Shown here in pieces: positions 9,140 through 15,246 of a DNA stretch of 20,000 nucleotides; the first letter of the stretch is position 1; the number at the start of each line of letters is the position of its first letter. Origin of the DNA: an uncultured virus (IMG/VR IMGVR_UViG_3300017923_000003) (Duplodnaviria > Heunggongvirae > Uroviricota > Caudoviricetes); the IMG/VR virus record IMGVR_UViG_3300017923_000003, positions 57,544-77,543 of that record. One strand, given 5' to 3'. Below the pieces are notes generated by a model that ran no database searches, was not told where the DNA came from, and worked only from the letters and a program-made list of their open reading frames with translations. The translations under genes and the position numbers were made by a program.

Positions 9140-10544
9140 TAGTTTTGAAGATCAAATTTTATTAAATAAAAAAGGAAAAATGTTAGATGAATCTTATGAT
9201 AAGATTTATCAGTCAGTTATGGGTGAGGTTATCTTTAACTCGATTCCAGATCAACAAAAAGAACAGTTATCAGATATCCCTGCTAGAGATGTCAAATACC
9301 ATATAGGTGAGGTTGTTGATGAAATACTTCCCTTTGAAGAATTCGATGAAAGAGTAAAACAGACAAACGAATTCAATACAATCTATATTCGTGGTATCAT
9401 TGAGGGTTTAACAGATCATTATTCTAAATTAATTGGTGAGGCTAAAGATGAAGAAGAAACCAAAGAGGCACCAAAAGAAGTAGAAGATGTATTAGGTGAA
9501 ATGGAGAATACAGACATAGAAGAAGAGATTTCCCAAACAATTAAAAAAGAAATGAAAGAAGATGCAGAAAAAGTCAAAAAGGATAAAGAAGAAGCAGAAG
9601 AACTAGAAGAAGAATTAGATGTAGAAGATGAAGAGGGAATGGGTTTCGAAGATGAAGTAGACGAATCAGAAACAATTGGTGAATCAACTTTCGATGCAAT
9701 CCAATCTTTAGATCCCTTCAATAATAAAGTAACCCCTGATAAGGATTACATTTCCATTATAAAAGAAAGAGTGATTGATACATATTCAAATATTGATGCT
9801 GGTGAAGATGTGATCATGCAGTCAGCTAAGTTAGATACTATAGTCTATGTCGCTATTGCTGTGGCTTTTGATAGATTAAGATTAATGAAGAAAAAAGAGT
9901 TCTTAGAAAGAATGGATGATATGGAAGAAACACCACCAGAAGAATTAGAAGATAGCTTTAATGAACTGTATGGTGATGACGAAGAAGGAGAAGAACCAGC
10001 AGCAGAAGATTACGAAGCAGAAATGGACGAAGAAATGATTAGGGAGTCTTTTGATTTGCTTGGTGAAGAGACAGCCAGAGCATTCAAAGCCCACGAGGTA
10101 TTGATTGCTGAAAGCAATATCATCAATGATTTAAGAACAACCATGATTAAAGAAAACAACATGTCAAGACTTCTTAGAATGATTAAAGCTAAAGAAGCTA
10201 GAAACGGTTTTGCTATTGGTAAGAATTCAGGTAAGAGATATAAATTAAAAGATGCTGATTTAATGAATGGTAAAGTAACAGAACCTTTAATTGTTATTTT
10301 AGATAAAAAAGATTTCGCCATCATTAAACCAATCATTCAAGAAGTGGTTGGTGTTGCATTAAAGAATGGTTATGACCCTGTGCAATCTATTAGTGTTGCT
10401 TTATCAGGTTTTGCAAGAACCATTTCAAGAGAACTACCTAAGGGACAGAAATTTATTCTCAAAACTAACATGCAACCCAAGGCAGTTCTTAATATGTGTG
10501 TACAAGATCCAGCATTAAAACAAGAACTAAAAAAAGCAATGTAA
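9129..10544 (+). CDS. Acidic probable virion head/core protein
   Basis: 471-aa ORF with AGAGGTG RBS, Glu/Asp-rich low-complexity tracts and repeated (I/L/V)xE(S/A) motifs. Confidence 0.55.
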   Translation: MYFNSFEDQILLNKKGKMLDESYDKIYQSVMGEVIFNSIPDQQKEQLSDIPARDVKYHIGEVVDEILPFEEFDERVKQTNEFNTIYIRGIIEGLTDHYSKLIGEAKDEEETKEAPKEVEDVLGEMENTDIEEEISQTIKKEMKEDAEKVKKDKEEAEELEEELDVEDEEGMGFEDEVDESETIGESTFDAIQSLDPFNNKVTPDKDYISIIKERVIDTYSNIDAGEDVIMQSAKLDTIVYVAIAVAFDRLRLMKKKEFLERMDDMEETPPEELEDSFNELYGDDEEGEEPAAEDYEAEMDEEMIRESFDLLGEETARAFKAHEVLIAESNIINDLRTTMIKENNMSRLLRMIKAKEARNGFAIGKNSGKRYKLKDADLMNGKVTEPLIVILDKKDFAIIKPIIQEVVGVALKNGYDPVQSISVALSGFARTISRELPKGQKFILKTNMQPKAVLNMCVQDPALKQELKKAM

Positions 10545-10553
10545 ATAATTTAT

Positions 10554-10578
10554 GCGAGGGTTAAAATCCCTCGCTTTT
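10554..10578 (+). terminator. Intrinsic terminator
   Basis: GCGAGGG-TTAAAAT-CCCTCGC followed by TTTT, just after stop 10544. Confidence 0.8.
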
Positions 10579-10603
10579 AATTTACCATTTGAAACACCAT
10601 TTA

Positions 10604-10615
10604 AACAATTTTTTA
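10604..10615 (+). promoter_or_regulatory. AACA-N6-TA putative late-type promoter of the amylase gene
   Basis: AACA ATTTTT TA lying between the terminator and ATG 10662. Confidence 0.7.
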
Positions 10616-10661
10616 GAACTTAATGAAAGGAAATATATAGATAAAGGTTGTGTTTTATTAA

Positions 10662-11768
10662 ATGGTTATTCTACAAGGGTTTTATTGGGATTGTCATAAA
10701 GACTGGTATAAAGAATTAGATGCCTTAGTTGACGCCTTATCAAAAAAAGGTTTTAAAAAAATATGGTTGCCACCACCGTCAAGAGGAATGAATGGTGATG
10801 ATTCTATGGGGTATGATATTAAAGAACACTACAACTTAAACTCCAGATTTGGCACAAAAAAAGACTTAAAAAATTTAATAAAAAATTTACAATCAAAGGG
10901 TATAGAAGTTTTAGCTGATGTGGTTATGGGACATATGGTTGGTGGAGATAGAGAACCCAATCCATCTTTATCAGATGAAAGAGTACAGGTAGAAACTTGG
11001 ACGAGATTCACCGAAAAGAGGTTTCCAAAAAACCACAAGCATTTTTGTCACAATTGTGGGAACTGTGAATCAAATAATGAATTTGGTGAGACCATTTGTT
11101 ATTATTCTGATAATGAATATATGAAAAATGGATTGATAAAATGGTGTGAATGGTTAAAAAACAATATAGGGTACGATGGTTTTAGAATAGACAATTGCAA
11201 AGATATACGTTGGGACTTCCTTAAGGAATGGAAAGAAAATTTTAATTGTTTCACCATGGGTGAGTTATGGGATGGTGACATATCCTACATAGATGATTTT
11301 AGAAACCAAACTAAAATAGACACTTTAAATTTCCCTATGTTCTATAAATTAAAAGAAATGTGTATGAACCCAGAATTTGACATGAGAAAAATATATGGTA
11401 TGAGTTATCCGGGTATGGTGAACTTTGTTTCTAATCACGACATAGGTAGAACTGAAAATGGGTACACAAAGGATATAGTCGAGAATAAAGAATTAGCCTA
11501 TGCATACATACTCTTTCAAAATGAACCAGCAGTTATTTTTTGGAAAGATTACTTCGATTATGATCTCAAAAAAAAGATCGATCCTTTAATAAAAATCAAC
11601 AATAATAGAAAAGAAAATGAATTAAATTATTTGGATTCTGATCTCTATGTTGTTACTAAAGGTGATAAAACTTTACTATTAAACAATGGTAAATCAAAAA
11701 GAGAATATGCTGGATTTGAAATAAAACCAAGATCTTACAAAATTGTAAACAAATGTGAAATACAATAA
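10662..11768 (+). CDS. Alpha-amylase, glycoside hydrolase family 13 (resembles Thermococcales-type GH13_7)
   Basis: VILQGFYWD, IWLPPPSRGM..SMGYD, SRFGT, ADVVMGH, GGDREPNP..TWTRF, GYDGFRID (D177), MGELWD (E201), FVSNHD (D260), LAYAYIL; no signal peptide. Confidence 0.9.
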   Translation: MVILQGFYWDCHKDWYKELDALVDALSKKGFKKIWLPPPSRGMNGDDSMGYDIKEHYNLNSRFGTKKDLKNLIKNLQSKGIEVLADVVMGHMVGGDREPNPSLSDERVQVETWTRFTEKRFPKNHKHFCHNCGNCESNNEFGETICYYSDNEYMKNGLIKWCEWLKNNIGYDGFRIDNCKDIRWDFLKEWKENFNCFTMGELWDGDISYIDDFRNQTKIDTLNFPMFYKLKEMCMNPEFDMRKIYGMSYPGMVNFVSNHDIGRTENGYTKDIVENKELAYAYILFQNEPAVIFWKDYFDYDLKKKIDPLIKINNNRKENELNYLDSDLYVVTKGDKTLLLNNGKSKREYAGFEIKPRSYKIVNKCEIQ

Positions 11769-11775
11769 TTGACAC

Positions 11776-11787
11776 AACAAATATTTA
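11776..11787 (+). promoter_or_regulatory. AACA-N6-TA putative late-type promoter
   Basis: AACA AATATT TA in the intergenic region before ATG 11837. Confidence 0.65.
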
Positions 11788-11836
11788 GTACACTAAAGTG
11801 TATATAAAAATAATAGGAATAAGAAGGGTGGAGACA

Positions 11837-12106
11837 ATGGTTATAGTTAAATTGGGGCAAGAAAAACTACTACTATGTCATGGTGTTGAAGAACTAAAAG
11901 AAAAATTAGGGGAACCTGAAAGAGTTTTCGGTACAAGAACTTGTATAGGTAAATTCTGTAATGTCGATAGAATAGGTCCTGTCTATTTTTATGGTAAACA
12001 AAATGGGGAATCTTTGATGTGGATTAAAAACGGAAATATTGAAGCATCAAGAAAAATATCTCTTGAGGAATTAATTGAAAAATTAACCAAAAAAGGTTTT
12101 ATATAA
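11837..12106 (+). CDS. Small Cys-containing hypothetical protein (possibly thioredoxin-like Fe-S/DUF1450-like fold)
   Basis: ATG 11837 after AGGGTGGAG RBS; 89 aa; LLLCHG...CIGKFC...GP...SLEELIEKL. Confidence 0.55.
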   Translation: MVIVKLGQEKLLLCHGVEELKEKLGEPERVFGTRTCIGKFCNVDRIGPVYFYGKQNGESLMWIKNGNIEASRKISLEELIEKLTKKGFI

Positions 12107-12148
12107 AAAATAACCCAGGGTTAACCCTGGGTTTTATTTATTATTTAT
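12106..12148. terminator. Bidirectional intrinsic terminator between convergent genes
   Basis: Perfect 22-bp palindrome AACCCAGGGTTAACCCTGGGTT (12112-12133), flanked by an A-run and a T-rich run. Confidence 0.85.
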
Positions 12149-12497
12149 TAGTGAAAAATTCACTAGGTAAATTAACATAAGGGAAAGTATATCTATATCT
12201 ATCACCATAAATTAAAGGTGCAATAACCTCCCTTAAATTGCCGGTATTAGGTAACCCACCACCATTATCACCAGTAGAATCTTCTGGATCAATAACTGGA
12301 GAGGAGCCATCAAAAACTCTAAGAAAAGGATACCCATTATTTATACCTTGATATTTTTTATAAAACTTATACTGTTGCATCTGTACTGTTGTGGGGTCAG
12401 TTGCTTGAGTTATATCTCCAAAATTCACTTCAGTTTCACTTGACGATATAAAATTAGATATTTCTTCTAACATAGAAATAATCATCTCTAAATCCAT
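12141..12497 (-). CDS. Third fragment of a split GLUG-type beta-helix protein (INNGYPFL cap motif, LPNTG)
   Basis: ATG 12497 after AGAGGTG RBS; GINNGYPFLR is the motif that normally closes GLUG-type beta-helix domains. Confidence 0.6.
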   Translation of the reverse strand: MDLEMIISMLEEISNFISSSETEVNFGDITQATDPTTVQMQQYKFYKKYQGINNGYPFLRVFDGSSPVIDPEDSTGDNGGGLPNTGNLREVIAPLIYGDRYRYTFPYVNLPSEFFTNK

Positions 12498-12531
12498 TTT
12501 TATCACCTCTTATATTATCTGATTTTATATT

Positions 12532-12562
12532 AAAAACCAAAACCACTTATCTACCAAGTGGT
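12532..12562 (-). terminator. Hairpin (weak terminator or attenuator) between fragments 2 and 3
   Basis: Minus strand reads ACCACTT-GGTAGAT-AAGTGGT followed by TTTGGTTTTT. Confidence 0.45.
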
Positions 12563-12573
12563 GGGTCTGTTGG

Positions 12574-13305
12574 TCAAATCATATCTGGTATATTTTTAAA
12601 ATTTTGCAGAAGTTTCGAATAATCGTTAACTGCAATTGTTACGTTTTTTGTTGGATCAATGTTCATAAACTCTTCTTCTGTAAGATTTTCTAAATCCATT
12701 GGTTGTCCATCCAATTTAAAACTAACAACATCACCAGATAACAAACCCGGTGGGATATCACCTGGTGCATCAGGTGTATTGGGATTATTAGCCATTCCAG
12801 CCATAAAAAGCATCATCATCAAAGATCCAATGGACATTTCCATCATATCTTTTATTTCCTGCTCGTCTCCAGGTGGAAGCATACCTGTTTCAGAAAAACT
12901 ACCCATCAAAAGATCGTAGAAACCATCAAAATTCAATTCTTCAGGAGTATACCCTTCAGGTTCACCATCATCCATACCCCATGTGTTTTCAAAATCCCAT
13001 TCAACATAATTTAACATGTCCTTCATTCTCTCGTTAGTTAAAGGTGTAGCTTGTGTATCCACAAGACCAAATAAATCAGAATTGTAATAACACCTATGGG
13101 TCAATGGTCCTCCTATTGCTAAACTGGATCTAATGAGTCCTCTCATTTCATAGTATTCATCTCCAGCCAAATCGGGTTTAATTAGCCTAACAGAAACATA
13201 CGAGTTTCTTATTTTTGTTTGTGGTCCAGCAATTGTCATTCCAGCCACAAAATCATTTAATCCAGTATCTATAGCAAATGTATCTATTGGGAAATCAATT
13301 ATCAT
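12574..13305 (-). CDS. Second fragment of a split GLUG-type beta-helix protein
   Basis: GAGAGGTGA RBS; IRNSYV, RCYYNSD, LTNERMKD..NY.EWDFENTWGM match the C-terminal coils of GLUG-type domains, followed by a Met/acid-rich insertion. Confidence 0.65.
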   Translation of the reverse strand: MIIDFPIDTFAIDTGLNDFVAGMTIAGPQTKIRNSYVSVRLIKPDLAGDEYYEMRGLIRSSLAIGGPLTHRCYYNSDLFGLVDTQATPLTNERMKDMLNYVEWDFENTWGMDDGEPEGYTPEELNFDGFYDLLMGSFSETGMLPPGDEQEIKDMMEMSIGSLMMMLFMAGMANNPNTPDAPGDIPPGLLSGDVVSFKLDGQPMDLENLTEEEFMNIDPTKNVTIAVNDYSKLLQNFKNIPDMI

Positions 13306-13331
13306 TTTTATTCACCTCTCAGTTATTAAAA

Positions 13332-14486
13332 TTATACTGCTGCTGGCTGTTCTAAAATAGTAAACCTACCCTGCACATAGCTTTCATTTATTTCGATATC
13401 ATCAACATCAAGAGTTACATTTTGATCAACTGGTATAACATTTGTGATTAAACCAGCAAAATTACTCATAGAAAATATATCGCCATCGAAAACAACATTG
13501 TCTATCAATATCTTATCGTCTTGATTTTTCTTATATACGATGCTTGATAGGGGGGCAATATAGTTCCTTCCAGCAACTCTACCGGTTATTTTGATATTTT
13601 TAAAAGTGCTATTACATGACATATGTGATAACACACTAACAAAATCAACCTCTGGATGTCCTAACATACCAGGTCCAGATGAATCTAAACCAGCAATATC
13701 TACATTCTCTAAAATTAAATTTTTAATTTCAGCATTTAATAAACCCATAAATAAACTTCTCGGTGGCACTATACTATCAGTGCCATTCGGTGCAAAGTTA
13801 CCAGAAAAATTGGTTATCTGTGGGTCCTCTGCTGGATCATCTGGCAAGGTATAAATAATCTCACATCTTGAATAATTGTGTTCAAAATAAGTAAGAATAG
13901 CATCTGTTTCCAATGTGATACCACTATCACCATAAGCATCAAACTGACCAAAATAACCCTCCATCTCATCTTGCAGAGGCCAACTGTTAAATATAATTTT
14001 TGCTTCAGTTGGTCTTTCACCTATAGTATCGTCTAAAAAATAATCATTATTATTATTGTCTGTTATAAGTGTCACCGTATCTGGTGATAAAAAAGGAGAG
14101 ACTGTATCATTATCACCTAAGATACCCATGACCACCATATCAAAAAACATTTCTAAAGATATAGATAAATGCTCATCATCAGCAAATTCTCCAGTTTTAA
14201 GATCGTTTTTAACTTTCTCAAAATCCTCTAAATTATTTTTTTCAAAATAAGCACGCCACATGTCCTCTTCATAAATATATTGCCCGGACAAATTCATTAT
14301 TTTGTGACCCTGTCCATCAAGTGTTCCTTTAAAAAACCCATCTTCAGCTGTTGCTGCTTTATGATTAAAAATAGGTTCCCAATTACTTAAACCACTTAAA
14401 TCTATATCGTCGGTTAAAACGTAATCGGCTGACAAATCGTTTTTAATATCTAATAAACCTTGAACTGTATTTATTTCTATCGCCAT
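13332..14486 (-). CDS. First fragment of a GLUG-type beta-helix (surface-protein/adhesin-like) protein
   Basis: GAGAGGTGA RBS; IEINTVQGLLDIKNDLSADYVLTDDIDLS..NWEPI..FKGTLDGQGHKIMNL...SLF..AEIKNLILENVDIAG...TGRVAGRNYIAPL. Confidence 0.75.
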   Translation of the reverse strand: MAIEINTVQGLLDIKNDLSADYVLTDDIDLSGLSNWEPIFNHKAATAEDGFFKGTLDGQGHKIMNLSGQYIYEEDMWRAYFEKNNLEDFEKVKNDLKTGEFADDEHLSISLEMFFDMVVMGILGDNDTVSPFLSPDTVTLITDNNNNDYFLDDTIGERPTEAKIIFNSWPLQDEMEGYFGQFDAYGDSGITLETDAILTYFEHNYSRCEIIYTLPDDPAEDPQITNFSGNFAPNGTDSIVPPRSLFMGLLNAEIKNLILENVDIAGLDSSGPGMLGHPEVDFVSVLSHMSCNSTFKNIKITGRVAGRNYIAPLSSIVYKKNQDDKILIDNVVFDGDIFSMSNFAGLITNVIPVDQNVTLDVDDIEINESYVQGRFTILEQPAAV

Positions 14487-14510
14487 TGGTTTTCACCTCT
14501 CATTTTGTAT

Positions 14511-14522
14511 TATATTTTTGTT
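14511..14522 (-). promoter_or_regulatory. AACA-N6-TA putative late-type promoter of the beta-helix cluster
   Basis: Minus strand AACA AAAATA TA, 25 nt upstream of ATG 14486 and downstream of a terminator. Confidence 0.65.
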
Positions 14523-14554
14523 AAAATTAAATACTGTTTTTGGAATATAATAAC

Positions 14555-14585
14555 AAAAAAAAATACCCGGCTATTAACCGGGTAT
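14555..14585 (-). terminator. Intrinsic terminator (minus strand)
   Basis: ATACCCGG(14563-14570)...CCGGGTAT(14578-14585), with an A-run on + that gives a U-tail on -. Confidence 0.8.
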
Positions 14586-14590
14586 AAATA

Positions 14591-14983
14591 TTATTTTAAA
14601 GCATATTCTAAATTCTCTTCTGGTACCAAACTCCGATCAAAAACATGATACTTTGTATTATCCATTTCCAACACAACTGTATATGATTTATTATGTTCCA
14701 TAGATGATACTCTACCAGCCACTATAGAATCCGAGGCTGTTTTATTTTTTATGATACCATCTATTAATAAACCAACCTGTTTTTTTGTCAGACCTATCAT
14801 TTTAACAGGTACTTTGTAAATACAACTAAAAAGAGTGACATGTGATCTAATCAATTCATCGTGGACTACATCATTCTTTTTCAAGATGTTTAGTATCTTA
14901 TTAGACACCTCAACGATATCTTCTTTTTTAAAGTCCTCCCTTTTGTATAAATCCAAATCAAATTCAATATCCACAATTTCCAT
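14591..14983 (-). CDS. Hypothetical protein (130 aa), probable early gene
   Basis: ATG with AAGGAGAG RBS; TATATTAT-containing motif upstream. Confidence 0.7.
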   Translation of the reverse strand: MEIVDIEFDLDLYKREDFKKEDIVEVSNKILNILKKNDVVHDELIRSHVTLFSCIYKVPVKMIGLTKKQVGLLIDGIIKNKTASDSIVAGRVSSMEHNKSYTVVLEMDNTKYHVFDRSLVPEENLEYALK

Positions 14984-15029
14984 TTGAATCTCTCCTTATT
15001 TAAAATATTTTTTAATCTCTTTCAAATAA

Positions 15030-15046
15030 ATAATATATAATTATAT
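15030..15046 (-). promoter_or_regulatory. Putative early-type promoter (ATATAATTATATATTAT)
   Basis: 16/17 identical to 18372-18388; both lie upstream of small minus-strand genes; core TATATTAT resembles the phiKZ early consensus TATATTAC. Confidence 0.55.
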
Positions 15047-15234
15047 TAAGAATAGTATCTTGTCGTTTCTCTTATTTTGTTTATCGCTTTATAATACCCC
15101 AGTTGGCATAATTGCTCCTCCATTAAAGAGTCTAATCTCTCATGCATATCTTCAGGGTCATTCTTACATTCCTTTATTATGTGATCTACCTGAACTTCAA
15201 ATGACTGTGGATCTTTAATACTTGTAAAACCCAT
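15046..15234 (-). CDS. Small conserved-looking phage hypothetical protein (62 aa)
   Basis: AAGGAGAG RBS overlapping the polymerase stop; DPEDMHERLDSLM...LGY...RYYS resembles a pattern common in small phage proteins. Confidence 0.7.
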   Translation of the reverse strand: MGFTSIKDPQSFEVQVDHIIKECKNDPEDMHERLDSLMEEQLCQLGYYKAINKIRETTRYYS

Positions 15235-15246
15235 TTATATCTCTCC

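Noticed and set aside
11769..11800. Sigma70/SigA promoter from the perfect TTGACA at 11769-11774
   Set aside because: No acceptable -10 hexamer at 16-18 nt spacing; the overlapping AACA-N6-TA motif explains the site better.
12547..12576. Stop-codon recoding or read-through at the only TGA stop among the called genes (all others end in TAA)
   Set aside because: Read-through adds only PTDPPLGR before a TAA and does not join gene 3. Long genes are intact under the standard code, so there is no evidence of recoding.
12498..13331. Programmed frameshift or intron joining the three beta-helix fragments
   Set aside because: Downstream frames are closed just upstream of each start (TGA at 13312-13314, TAA at 12510-12512), each gene has its own RBS, and the 26- and 76-nt gaps are too short for self-splicing introns.
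13782..14282. Inteins as explanation for the beta-helix inserts or the polymerase's extra length
   Set aside because: No N-terminal Cys/Ser block A, C-terminal His-Asn plus Cys/Ser/Thr, or LAGLIDADG motifs seen.
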